DNA of 63,570 bases, counting the filler, from Octopus bimaculoides (taxonomy: Eukaryota), in assembly GCF_001194135.2 (NCBI RefSeq). It is 9 parts of 8 records of this genome, joined end to end, with 100 filler letters (N's around TTAATTAATTAA, not from the genome) between each part and the next. Parts side by side here need not be neighbours in the genome. Positions count along the whole stretch, not along the records: positions 45,606 to 54,817 come from NC_068982.1; positions 54,918 to 58,912 come from NC_068985.1; positions 59,013 to 61,486 come from NW_026323080.1; positions 61,587 to 63,570 come from NC_068986.1; 5 more parts are not named here. One strand, written 5' to 3'. Each line of letters starts with the position of its first letter. The stretch's first letter is position 1. Both the position numbers and the translations under genes were made by a program. Shown here in pieces: positions 50,227 through 62,825 of the stretch. The notes under the pieces are model-generated. The model saw only the letters and a program-made list of their open reading frames with translations. It was not told the DNA's origin and did no database searches.

Positions 50227-51285
50227 TACTAGGCAACAAAGATTTTGTTACAGAAGACCAAATAGGTGTTCCTAGCTTATTTCTATATGCTGATTTAAAA
50301 TCTGTACTATCATATCTAAATTTTGTGTAAAATTGTATTAATGATTTTAATGTCAGTAATATGAAACTTGCTTTTCAAGGTTAAAGTAATTTTTCATGTT
50401 AACTATACAGAAATTGTAATGATTTTAAACAATAAAATCAGATGATATGTGACAGTCAAGAAGAGTGGTTGTTAAAGATAGCAGTTAATCTGAAGATTTT
50501 GCTAGTGATATAGAAATAGGAAAAGATGGCATGTATGTTCCAGATGCAACTAGTACCCAACATTTGTTAAGTCAAGTGGATGTTATATGACTTAGTGCAT
50601 GATTTGGAATTGCCAAGAGAAAAGGCAGAGTTGCATGGTTCCAGATTTCAGGAAAGGAATTTTTCCAACCAAATACGGAAGTTTCCCATTTCCACCATCA
50701 CCAGCTGCAGTTTTCATCATTTTACTGGAGGAAAACGTTTGTTTCTGCCATGGTATTTGTGGTCTGATAAGAAAGGATCAGCTTTCGGTATCATCCAAAA
50801 GAATGAAGACTGTTCATTGTATTACTGCAGAACATTTGTGAAAAACCTTCAATACCTGTAGCACCTGCTAAGACTCATCATCAAATATAAGGACCACATA
50901 TGTAATATTTGTGATGAACTTAAAGTTGTATCACTACTACTTGGGTTATAGTTGGGCTACACAAAATATTTTTGTGTCTATGGAGCAGCAGAGATGACAA
51001 GAACCACAACAGAACAAAAAAAAACCCACACAATTGGCCATCTAGAAAAAACATGTTGTTGGTAGCATAATGTGACCCTCAGCAGTTATTGACCCTCAGA
51101 AAGAACATCTTTCACCACTTCACATTAAACTTGGCCTTATGAAAAAATTTGTGAAGGATATGGATCATCAAGGTAGTGGTTTCCAATATTCAAGGATAAA
51201 TTCAAAGGAATATTGACATGCTAAGCTAGAAGCTGGAGTTTTCAGTGGACCACAGATATGCAGTGTCCTCCACAACTCATCATTT
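50227..51285 (+). pseudogene. Chapaev3-like (CMC/Transib-related) DNA transposon relic, 5' part
   Basis: Left end TAA|tactaggcaacaaagattttgttac; peptides DLVHDLELPREKAELHGSR, IKYKDH...LKVVSLLLGL*LGYTKYF, SPLHIKLGLMKKFVK, AKLEAGVFSGPQI. Family name assigned from recalled motifs. Confidence 0.7.
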
Positions 51286-53345
51286 CCCTCAACAACGGAG
51301 TATGTGACAGGGAATTTGTGAGGTTATTCCAGGACTTCTTTCCACTTGTTTCAAGGTTTTCCCTAATACCTGTCTCACAAGATTCAAGAAATTCCAGTAG
51401 TGCTTGTGAAGGTCTACCCTGAAATTTATCTGGATAACAATTGGCAAAAACAATCAACCATCTCTTGTATATGGATTATCTAAAGCTGTATGCTACAAAT
51501 GACAAACAGCTGGAAACATTACTATAGACAATGCATGGATTTACCAAAGAAATAAGCATGAAATTTGGTTTAGAAAAATATGCCAAAGCAACCTTGAAAA
51601 GAGGAAAACTAGTTAAGAGTAACAATATCACACTAGATAACGCAAATGAAATAAAGGAATTAGACCAAAGCCAGACATACAAATAGTTAGGAATCAATGA
51701 TACAACACACAATGAGCTAGATACAATACATCGAGATATGACACAACACACACAAATGAAAGAAAAAAGAAAGGGATATTATAGAGTTAGATTAATACTG
51801 AAAATAGAGCTCAATGCAAAAAACAAGATAATAGGTATCAACACTCTAGCCATTCCAGTTATAAGTTACAGCTATAATATTCTTAACTGGACTCTAATTG
51901 AAAATCAAACTAGATAGGAAGACAATAAAAATAATGACAGAATTTAGAAGGCACCACTCATCTGACATAGAAAGGTTATATAAACTATGTATTAAAGGTG
52001 GTAGAGGCTTTATACAGCTAGAAAACAATTATAAAATAACCACCATAGGATTACAGAAATGCCTTATTCAGAAGCAAGGAAAACTGGTACAAATAACCAC
52101 AAAATCCAAACAAAACAAAATACTGTTTTCCAGTGGTGGCTCATAGATAAAATTAGTTGGTGTGCTGCTTCAGAAAAGTTTTAGCTGTTGTTTTAATATT
52201 GGGTAAAACGAAATAAACATATAAAAAGAAAATATATACATAACCTGTTTTGCATTTTAGCCACTGCCGGGTTGTGTGTTTAATTTGTTCACTGACCACC
52301 ACCGTAAATTCCTCCTTGTTTCTCAAAAATCCTCCCCCTAAATCACAAAATAAGGAGGTGAAATCTGCCCTATTTTCAAATCCTGGCAGCAACGCTGTAG
52401 CTGGAAGCAGGATATTAATCTAATTCTACACTTAATCACATTCAAGAATATAAACACGTTTTTAAGTACAATACACGCAGAGTCAAAAAAGAAACGCTAG
52501 CTTTCACCAGCACACCAGGGTCAGCACTGCGTGAATGACGGTGCTCTCTCTACCCAGCATGTAACTTCCTATGTTGGTCATGTGAACATGCACACAACAG
52601 CCAAACACTGTGTTGCTGGAACTGTGAAGCACACAGTTCTACACAAGGATTTTTGTATTTTTTTCATAAACTAGGGTATGGCTACTGACATTAAGCTTAA
52701 GGATTATATAATGTACAAGTATAAAGAAAGAATTTAAAAAAAGGACTCATTATATTGAATGTTATCGATAATATCAAGTGGAAATAGTGGGTGCTGCAGT
52801 TCTGAGGTGCCTATACATAAGCCGCCACTGCTGTTTCCTGTCTTTAAGGAAGCCGGAAAATACAAGAAAGAAATCATAGTACCTGACAACTACGAAGAAA
52901 AAGAAACAACAAAAGACTGTAAAACAACTGAAACTACAGACTATGTGATATGTCAATATACACAGATAGAGTAACCAAGGCTAGTAGACTGGATGTCACC
53001 AAGAAAAAAATACCTTCTAATCAATGTATAGATGACAATGTATCTCTAAAAGAAATGGAGAATTTTTCAAAAGATTTGGAAATAGAGGTAACTCGAATGT
53101 GGAGCCTAAAAACAGAAACAATTCCTATAATAGTAGGTGCATTAAATATGATTAAAAAAAACATTCAGACACATACATAACCAAAACACCAGGACTTACA
53201 AAAGTATACAACGTACAGAAAATAGCACTGCCAGGCACCGTGCACATCCTAAGTAAAGCACTTTCAATATAGTGAAAATAAGAGAACCACAACAAATCAC
53301 AGCACATGCCCAAGGCACACAGAGCTGTGCTCAGTCATGCAGTGA
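51285..53345 (+). pseudogene. R4/Dong non-LTR retrotransposon copy A (RT4-7, thumb, internal deletion, RLE endonuclease, 3'UTR), interrupted by hAT element
   Basis: HLLYMDYLKLYA, FGLEKYAK, GGRGFIQLE, DMSIYTDR...DLEIEVTRMW.LKTETIPIIVGAL...VHILSKALSI*; followed by (AAT/AAC)n. Confidence 0.92.
52131..52830. mobile_element. Non-autonomous hAT-like DNA transposon nested in R4
   Basis: TIRs cagtggtggctcat / ataagccgccactg; 8-bp TSD ctgttttc / ctgtttcc; removing it restores the R4 reading KQNKILF..FKEAGKYKKE. Confidence 0.88.
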
Positions 53346-53444
53346 AAGCACTTGAACAATAATAATAATGAAAGACTACTGAATAATAATAACAATAACA
53401 ACAACAACAACAACAACAATAATAATAATAATAATAATAATAAT

Positions 53445-54575
53445 AGTGTCCACAGGCTTTGAAATCATTAACTCAAACCAACAAACTGGGTATACAGAAT
53501 CCTGTGAAGGTGGACCATCAGTTGATACTAAAAGCACTATAAATGATCACATCCAACTGTTAGATGGAATACTAGAACAATATCTAATACAACTACATCA
53601 ACCTTTCCACGAAAGAGCCCCACTTCCCAAAATTATTAATACTAATAAGAACAGAAAAGTAATCAAAGTTGATCATGCACGTGAAAAGCTGATATGACAA
53701 CTCTGAGAATAGTAGAGAAAATACTCTTGGAGCGATTGATCAACTCAGCTGCTTATGTTGCAACTCAGAAATGAGATATCAAAATTAGAGATAGACAAAA
53801 AAAGTGCAATGTACACAAACAGCCTGCATGGATGGAAAGAATAAACCAGCAAATAATCCAACTAAGAGCAGATATATCTTTTCTACTTGAAGTAAGCAAA
53901 GGGAAAACTAATAAACCCAACAAACTAATAAGAATAATTGCTAAACATGACCTTTACAAGGAAACAAAGAATATACAGATTGAAATCTTCAAACAAAAAC
54001 TACAATTAAAAGCCAATCGACTGGCAAGATACAAAAAACACTCAGCATTCCATAGACAAAACATACTATTCAAGGAGAACACAAAAATAATTCTACAGGG
54101 AACTGGGATAAAATACCATTATTGTGAAAACACCTCCCCAGCAGCAAACTGAAGATTTTTGGAAAAACATTTGAAGTGATCCAAAGGAGTTTAATTAGAA
54201 TGCACATTGGGTCAGGGACATAGAAGAGGCCAATGCCCACCTCAAATATCAAGAATGGCAGGATATAACAACTGAAGAAGTGCCAAAATACCAGCCCATA
54301 ACATGCCTCACCACAATATATAAACTATTAAGATTTATAATAGCGAATAGAGCATATGAATTCTTGGACAATAGGAAGTTATTTCTTGCAGAACAAAAGG
54401 GATGTAAAAGGAGTTCATATTGATGTAAGGACCAATTACTAATTGATAAAATGGTCATTGAAAATTGCAAATCCAAGCGCAGAAACTTTAGCACTGTTTG
54501 GATAATTTACAAGAAGGCTTTTGAGAGTGTCCTCCATGCATGGATCATCGTGGAAATTTACAAGATAGCTCCAAC
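53445..54575 (+). pseudogene. R4/Dong copy B (N-terminal region to RT3)
   Basis: PAWMERINQQI..LRADIS, KQKLQLKANRLARYKK...RQN.LF, EQKGCKRSSY*CKDQLLIDKMVIENCK...YKKAFESVLHAWI. Confidence 0.9.
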
Positions 54576-54582
54576 AAATACT

Positions 54583-54800
54583 CTCTTTACTATCCTTTAC
54601 TTGTTTCAGTCATTTGACTGTGGGCATGCTGGAGCACCGCCTTTAGTCGAGCAAATCGACCGCAAGACTTATTCTTTGGAAGCCTAGTACTTATTCTATT
54701 GGTCTCTTTTTGTCGAACTGCTAAGTTACAGGGACGTAAACACACCAGCATTGGTTGTCAAGCGATGTTGGGGGACAAACACAGACACACAAACACATAT
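54583..54800 (-). mobile_element. SINE family B 3' half
   Basis: Near-consensus; truncates R4 copy B. Confidence 0.9.
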
Positions 54801-54917
54801 ATATATATATATATATANNNNNNNNNNNNNNNNNNNNNNNNNNNNNNNNNNNNNNNNNNNNTTAATTAATTAANNNNNNNNNNNNNNNNNNNNNNNNNNN
54901 NNNNNNNNNNNNNNNNN

Positions 54918-54973
<56 letters not shown>

Positions 54974-55318
54974 GTATATGGGGGCGGGTACATATATGTA
55001 TGTATATGGGCCTATAACGTTGCTTTGTAAGTGTTTATTATATGAGAGAGGTGCATGGTGTCTGCGAGTTTTTTTGTGACGTGATGTGGGGGCTGGATTT
55101 TCTTTAATCATGTCATATACACATACAGATATGCGCACACACACACACACACACACATGTATGCACACAAACACACACACACACATACAATGATATGCGC
55201 ACTCTCAGTATGGTATCAGACAGATATTTGTCAATTAGGCATTCTCGACCGAGAATCCATTCCACTCCTTACCCGCTCCTTTCTCTATTTCACCGAATTA
55301 TGAAAGCACACACACACA

Positions 55319-55358
<40 letters not shown>

Positions 55359-55604
55359 TATAAACATAAACATACACAAAATTACACATGCATATATTCA
55401 GGGTCAAACACACAAACATAATCTAACGTTCATNNNNNNNNNNNNNNNNNNNNNNNNNNNNNNNNNNNNNNNNNNNNNNNNNNNNNNNNNNNNNNNNNNN
55501 NNNNNNNNNNNNNNNNNNNNNNNNNNNNNNNNNNNNNNNNNNNNNNNNNNNNNNNNNNNNNNNNNNNNNNNNNNNNNNNNNNNNNNNNNNNNNNNNNNNN
55601 NNNN

Positions 55605-55644
<40 letters not shown>

Positions 55645-55702
55645 TAGATACGTATGTATCAATTTCTCTCTCCCTCTCTCTTTTCTTCCTTTTCTCTGTG
55701 TA

Positions 55703-55835
55703 TAGGAACAGGTATGGCTGTGTGGTAAGAGGCTTGCTCCCCAACCACATGATTCTGAGTTCAGATCCGCTGAATCGCACCTTGGGCATGTCTTCCATCA
55801 TAGGCCCTGTTCAATGAAATCTGAAAAAAGCCCGT
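55703..55835 (+). mobile_element. SINE family B 5' part, diverged
   Basis: ggtatggctgtgtggtaagaggcttgctcccaaccacatg. Confidence 0.7.
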
Positions 55836-55902
55836 GCTACACACGCACACACGCACAGACACACACACATGTACACACACACACATACACCCCACACACA
55901 CA

Positions 55903-56158
55903 TATATGGCAGCTGAAGGACGACGGGATTCCATACACAATATCATGGAGAATCCTAGAATATCCAGGCCCCTACATAAACGGGACCAAGCGTTGTAAAC
56001 TGTGCATAGTGGAACGGGCAAGGATACTAAAGGGCTCCCTCGACCCGGAGAATATCCTTATCTCCAGAACGGATATCTTCGGACCGTGCTTGCATTTCAG
56101 GAAATTCCTGTTGGCCTATTGGAACCCACAAGATAACAAGGTCATCTACGATCGATAG
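55903..56158 (+). pseudogene. Penelope GIY-YIG C-terminal fragment
   Basis: IWQLKDDGIPYTISWRIL...YINGTKRCKLCIVERARIL...RTDIFGPCLHFRKFLL. Confidence 0.88.
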
Positions 56159-56169
56159 CCAAAAGGAGA

Positions 56170-56395
56170 CAGAAACTAGGTACATGCAACGAATTAGAGC
56201 AAAACCCGCGTAAACCACTGTTTTTCCTGGTTTGTCCATTTACACGAGAGCTCTGGGAAAATGTTATAGTGCATGACCATCCTTGGGACATAAGTAGTGT
56301 GTGTGTAAAGTTTGATGAAAATCGGTTGGGAATTGAGGAAATGTATGCGTTAGTCAATATACGAACAGATACTGTGATTTATATATACTAGATAT
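56170..56395 (+). mobile_element. Helentron/HINE-like non-autonomous fragment (tentative)
   Basis: gtgtgtgtaaagtttgatgaaaatcggttg and terminal ...gatttatatatactagat resemble recalled HINE/DINE-1-type ends. Confidence 0.4.
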
Positions 56396-56507
56396 AGATA
56401 CACATACATATATACATGCAGACATACACACACATACGCACATATATAGACAGATATACGTGTGTGTGCGTGTGTGTGTATATATGTATAGACGTTTTGT
56501 GCCTGTA

Positions 56508-56539
<32 letters not shown>

Positions 56540-56549
56540 NNNNNNNNNN

Positions 56550-56582
<33 letters not shown>

Positions 56583-56682
56583 TTCTTTACAGGTTTGCTA
56601 TTTGTCTATGTACCGGATTGTCCGTCTAATTACTATATCGATGTTGTGAATGGAATCAGATATAAATAAATCTATACCAATA

Positions 56683-56782
<100 letters not shown>

Positions 56783-57171
56783 GACATATACACACGCACA
56801 CATTTATTCATACATACGCGCATACATTCCCGCATATCCATATTTAGAGACAAACGAGCGATACATTATGAAAACATCAATGGATGGTCTGGAATCTGCA
56901 ATTATGAATGGGATTCATGCTTAATAGTAACTCTTATAGTCTTGTATCTCTTTGTTCCCGATAATAAAGCAGAATTTATTTGAAATAGTAGCTAAATATA
57001 CCTCATATTTCACTTTACCGTCTTAAAAATGGAAGCCGAAAATAGACTTCGCTTGAAAAATATGTGAGATAATTACAGTTGGAATGCCTATGATCATAGA
57101 CCTGCTGAACCAGGACAGGGCTAAATAACAACAATATAAACAGCTTTTAAATGTTTCATTAATGAAGCATT

Positions 57172-57555
57172 GTGGAGGCGCAATGGCCCAGTGGTCAGGG
57201 CAGCGGACTCGCAGTCATAGGATCGCGGTTTCGATTCCCAGACCGGGCGTTGTGAGTGTTTATTGACCGAAAACACCTAAAGCTCCACGAGGCTCCGACA
57301 GGGGATGGTGGTGAACCCTGCTGTACTCTTTCACCACAACTTTCTCTCACTCTTTCTTCCTGTTTCTATTGTGCCTGTAATTCAAAGGGTCAGCCTTGTC
57401 ACGCTGTGTCGCGCTGAATCTCCCCGAGAACTACGTTAAGGGTACATGTGTCTGTGGAGTGCTCAGCCACTTGCACGTTAATTTCACGAGCAGGCTGTTC
57501 CGTTGATCGGATCAACTGGAACCCTCGACGTCGTAAGGGACGGAGTGCCAACACA
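57172..57555 (+). mobile_element. SINE family A, full length
   Basis: Near-identical to the reverse complement of 5101-5480. Confidence 0.92.
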
Positions 57556-57565
57556 TAATGAGAGG

Positions 57566-57889
57566 GGCACTCCGTCGGTCACGACGATGAGTGTTACAGC
57601 TGATTCGACCAACGGAACAGCCTTTTCGTAAAATCAACGTGCAAGTGGCTGATCCATCCACGGGTACTCATACCCTTAACTTAACTTCTCAAACGGTTCA
57701 GCGTGATACATCGAATGTGACAAAGCTGAGCCATTGAACTACGAGTATAACTGTTTTTTTTTTTTTTTGCCAGCTGAGCGGACTGGAACATCGTGAAATA
57801 AAGTACCTTGCTCAAGGACACAACGCGACGCCGAGAAACGAACTTACGCCCTCATTATCGTGAGTCGGACTCGCTAACCACTAAGCCAC
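57566..57889 (-). mobile_element. SINE family A-related copy, inverted, tail-to-tail with the previous copy
   Basis: Same architecture as 12711-13015. Confidence 0.85.
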
Positions 57890-58570
57890 TGGAGATTGAC
57901 TACATTAGTATTTTCGGAATTGTATAGTGTTGATGCAGGAGGTGTTTATGGTAACCATGTACTTGGTCAGCTTGGAATCCAATGCTGCCTAAGAACGGCT
58001 ACGATGTAATACCTATCAGAGACTTCATGCAACAATGGACAAAGAGAATCGGTAGCCAGAGCGGAAATAGAAGACTGTAAGCGACTAAACAGAGAATAGT
58101 AGGATGGGGGGTGGGGATCCCAGATTGAAACAGATCCAGAGTCCAAGTTCTTTAAGATCACCTGAAGGTCTTAGTTTCGATCCCCACACTAAGCAGTATT
58201 TCGAAAACAATAGGAGGACATGTAAGGGACATAGGTTAGGTGCTCCAGCATTGCCGCAGTCAAATGACTGAAACAAATAAAAGAATAAAAGAATGTATGT
58301 ATGTGTGTGTGTGTGTGTGTGTGTGTATGAGTGTATGTATATATATAAGGTCCGTACGTATGTATTTATGCATAGGTTTGGTTGAACAAACAAGTTAGAT
58401 GTAAAAGGTAAGTTCTTGAGTCATATATATGGAGCAAAAACGCAATAGAGAGCATTAAAACATTCAGACAGATAGACGATACAAAGGGTGGATACAAGAG
58501 AAACAACAATTAGAAGTACAGGCAAAAAAGACAGGTCATTCGTGGCTTTCTTTCCTCAGTCAAGTCCCAT

Positions 58571-58866
58571 TGTCATACCGGCCATGACGAAGGGAAATAG
58601 CCCTGAAACTCGAGTCGCCTTTATATATTTATATTTATATATTTATATATTTGATCCTTTATACTGAACACTCAATATTTCATCTACATTCAATACTTTC
58701 TTTCATGGTGCCATCCATTTTTATTTTATTTTATTTTATATTGTATATTGTATATTATATTATATATTGTATATTCCATATTCTATACCCCACATTGGTT
58801 CTGCAGGAATATAAATAAAACATAAAAAAACAGACAGTGTTGGAACTCTTTTAAACAAAATAATAT
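58571..58866 (+). mobile_element. Hammerhead-headed AT-rich repeat, copy 3
   Basis: Begins tgtcataccggc as copy 1 does; body homologous. Confidence 0.78.
58576..58624 (+). ncRNA. Minimal type-I hammerhead variant (core CAUGACGA)
   Basis: Stem I GGC(58580-82)/GCC(58617-19); core CATGACGA; stem II AGGG-aaatag-CCCT; GAA; palindrome ACTCGAGT 58608-15; H17 = C58616. Confidence 0.75.
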
Positions 58867-59029
58867 ATTCCTCTATACACAATCATACAAAAAAACCACC
58901 TTTTTTGTATTTNNNNNNNNNNNNNNNNNNNNNNNNNNNNNNNNNNNNNNNNNNNNTTAATTAATTAANNNNNNNNNNNNNNNNNNNNNNNNNNNNNNNN
59001 NNNNNNNNNNNNAAGTTAGTCCTTATCTT

Positions 59030-59325
59030 CGCAGTGATATATCATTCACCGAAGAAATGGTATCAATCTGTTTGACAAAGGCATGGATTGCACCGGAGAA
59101 ATTAGAAATGATTTACAAGTATACGCTGCCCGACTGGATGTAAAGAGAATTCTTCAGAGCCATTGTAGAATCAGTTCTTTACAGATCATCAACATAAAAC
59201 TCTGACAAAAAAAGATAGAAAGTGAGCTTGATGAGACCTACACTAGTATGTTGCATGTTGTTCTCAACAAATCATGAAAATTACATTCACCGAAGGAAGA
59301 GCTTCATGGAAATATCAAGCTATGC
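59030..59325 (+). pseudogene. RTE-X-like LINE RT C-terminal fragment
   Basis: TKAWIA..KL..IYK..LP...REFFRAIVESVL...LTKKIESELDETYTSML.VVLNKS. Confidence 0.75.
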
Positions 59326-59761
59326 TGTGCGTGTTTATTCTTCTCTCTCATGATTTTCCCTCAAATACAACAGCACTGGTCCTGTAAGGGTCGTTTATTA
59401 ATAAATCACTATATTCTATATTAGAAACAAGGTATTGAATATCTTAGTTTAAATTGTGCTTTAGACTTAACGTGTGTGTGTATGTGTGCGAGTGTGTGTG
59501 AGATCGTGGTTTCGAACCCCCGGACCAAGCGGTATGTTGCATTCTCCTGCAAGACGATTCATCTCACGCTGCTCTCCGATCACTTCGACATCTGATGCGC
59601 CATGCATCGTGTGCCTGTACAGGCAACGTCGATTTGATGGAGGGAGAGTGAGCTAATATACACCACAAACATTTGACCACTATAAAGCAATCATTTGTCC
59701 AGTTTGTTCGGCAAGAAACTGCAGGCCCCACAACTATTGCAAACTACAGAAGAGTCCACAA

Positions 59762-59806
<45 letters not shown>

Positions 59807-59808
<2 letters not shown>

Positions 59809-59975
59809 GCGCAGGAGTAGTTGTGTGGTAAGAAGATTGCTTCCCAACCACATGGTTCTGAGTTCAGTCCCACTTCATGACACCTTGGGCAAGTGTCTTC
59901 TACTAAAGTCTCGGGCCGACCAAAGCCTTATGAGTGGATTTGGTAGACGGAAACTGAAAGAAGCCCGTCATATAT
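59807..59975 (+). mobile_element. SINE family B 5' half
   Basis: Near-consensus; runs into the TA/TG tract and a gap. Confidence 0.88.
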
Positions 59976-61130
59976 ATATATGTTTGTATGTATGTATGTA
60001 TGTATGTATGTATGTATGTGTATANNNNNNNNNNNNNNNNNNNNNNNNNNNNNNNNNNNNNNNNNNNNNNNNNNNNNNNNNNNNNNNNNNNNNNNNNNNN
60101 NNNNNNNNNNNNNNNNNNNNNNNNNNNNNNNNNNNNNNNNNNNNNNNNNNNNNNNNNNNNNNNNNNNNNNNNNNNNNNNNNNNNNNNNNNNNNNNNNNNN
60201 NNNNNNNNNNNNNNNNNNNNNNNNNNNNNNNNNNNNNNNNNNNNNNNNNNNNNNNNNNNNNNNNNNNNNNNNNNNNNNNNNNNNNNNNNNNNNNNNNNNN
60301 NNNNNNNNNNNNNNNNNNNNNNNNNNNNNNNNNNNNNNNNNNNNNNNNNNNNNNNNNNNNNNNNNNNNNNNNNNNNNNNNNNNNNNNNNNNNNNNNNNNN
60401 NNNNNNNNNNNNNNNNNNNNNNNNNNNNNNNNNNNNNNNNNNNNNNNNNNNNNNNNNNNNNNNNNNNNNNNNNNNNNNNNNNNNNNNNNNNNNNNNNNNN
60501 NNNNNNNNNNNNNNNNNNNNNNNNNNNNNNNNNNNNNNNNNNNNNNNNNNNNNNNNNNNNNNNNNNNNNNNNNNNNNNNNNNNNNNNNNNNNNNNNNNNN
60601 NNNNNNNNNNNNNNNNNNNNNNNNNNNNNNNNNNNNNNNNNNNNNNNNNNNNNNNNNNNNNNNNNNNNNNNNNNNNNNNNNNNNNNNNNNNNNNNNNNNN
60701 NNNNNNNNNNNNNNNNNNNNNNNNNNNNNNNNNNNNNNNNNNNNNNNNNNNNNNNNNNNNNNNNNNNNNNNNNNNNNNNNNNNNNNNNNNNNNNNNNNNN
60801 NNNNNNNNNNNNNNNNNNNNNNNNNNNNNNNATTATGTGTGTAATTATGTATGTGTATGTGTCTTATGTCTGTATAATGTGTGCGTGTGTGTGTATGTGA
60901 GTGTGTGTAGTAATGCTTGTGTATATACGTGTATGCAATGCATACACGTATACAGTCTATGTATTTGTGTGTAAGGTGAGCGTGCATATTCAGTAATGTA
61001 TAAATTCATCTATATACTCATGTCTATACACGCACACATACATATAATATCATATGTAATATTTATATGCACACAAGCATATATATGTATACATATATAT
61101 ACATATGTATACATATATATGTATATGTAT

Positions 61131-61174
<44 letters not shown>

Positions 61175-61444
61175 TTGTATTTATAAATATATATATGTAA
61201 ACACATACGCATACATATAGCATACACGTGTTTATATGTCGCATATACACACATATATATCATATAAATATATACGTGGTGTGTGTGTGTCTACATTTAT
61301 ATATGTACATATTTATATATTCACATATGTGTACACTATATACACATATATAACGTCTAATATGATGGTGATGATAACATATATTTGTGCGTGTGAGTGT
61401 TTGTGTGTGTGTGTTTATGTGTGTGTGTGTGTGTAGGTATATAC

Positions 61445-61486
<42 letters not shown>

Positions 61487-61586
61487 NNNNNNNNNNNNNN
61501 NNNNNNNNNNNNNNNNNNNNNNNNNNNNNNTTAATTAATTAANNNNNNNNNNNNNNNNNNNNNNNNNNNNNNNNNNNNNNNNNNNN

Positions 61587-61795
61587 AGAAATAAGAAACG
61601 TTAGCATGCCGGGCGAAATGCTTAGCAGTATTTCGTCTGTTTTACGTTCTGAGTTCAAATTCCGCCGAGGTCGACTTTGCCTTTCATCCTTTCGGGGGTT
61701 GATAAATTAAGTACCAGTTGCATACTGCGGTCGATCTAATCGACTGGCCCCCTACCCAAAAAATTTAGGTCTTGTGCCTAGAGTAGAAAAGAATA
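61587..61795 (+). mobile_element. SINE family C second subunit
   Basis: First ~80 bp identical to 63494-63570. Confidence 0.85.
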
Positions 61796-62592
61796 TTGCT
61801 CGACATTGATGCTCAGAGAAAGAGTTAGAAAAAGAGAGACTGACAGAAAGGACTGAAACCACAATGATCTCTAGTTGACAGCTGATTAACGGAATGTCCT
61901 GAAGTGCAAGCTATTCGGATAATATATAATATTAAGATTATAAAACAGTTAAGTCAGAGATTAGAGATATATCCAATCCGGCCTGACCTGGGGCTAAACA
62001 ACAGCAACAGCAAATGACGATAACAAGAACATCGACAACGGTGAGAAGCCAGCGAGGAAATCTCCACGTGAGAGGGCAAACCGCAAGACATAGCAGCCGA
62101 ATCACCCTAAGTTACATCCTATCGTCTTGAAAATGAGAAAGATAGGTTGGGTAATGTAGCTTTAGTCCTATGTCACACTCACCTCACTAGAAAAGGGTGG
62201 TCACGGACGGCTGTGAAGTCATTGGTTGAAGATCTGCTCGGTCTGAGCACATCTGGGATTAATAAAAAAGACAATAGCAAGAACAACATCAGCGACACTG
62301 ACGACAGCGACGACGACGACGATGACTACGTCAGCGGCGGTAGCGGCGGTAGCGGCGGTGGCAGAGTGGTGGTGGTGGTGGTGGTGGAGGAGGCGGCAGC
62401 AATGGCGGTGACAGAAACGACAGCGTTGATAGCGGCGACCTCTGGCGGTGGTGGTAGCAGGACCGATAACAAGTGAAACATCAACAAAACATCGTCAAAT
62501 CACGGCCCNNNNNNNNNNNNNNNNNNNNNNNNNNNNNNNNNNNNNNNNNNNNNNNNNNNNNNNNNNNNNNNNNNNNNNNNNNNNNNNNNNNN

Positions 62593-62825
62593 TATATTTA
62601 TATATTTGATCCTTTATATTGAACACTCAATATTTCATTTACATTCAATACTTTCTTTCATGGTGCCATCCATTTTTATTTTATTTTATTTTATATTGTA
62701 TATTGTATATTATATTATATATTGTATATTCCATATTCTATACCCCACATTAGTTCTGCAGGAATATAAATAAAACATAAAAAAACAGACAGTGTTGGAA
62801 CTCTTTTAAACAAAATAATATATAT
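62593..62825 (+). mobile_element. Hammerhead-headed AT-rich repeat, copy 4 (head hidden in gap)
   Basis: Only 3 differences from 58636-58866 over ~230 bp. Confidence 0.8.

Noticed and set aside
57172-57250. tRNA genes
   Set aside because: tRNA-like A/B boxes are SINE heads continuing into repeat bodies; no complete cloverleaf.
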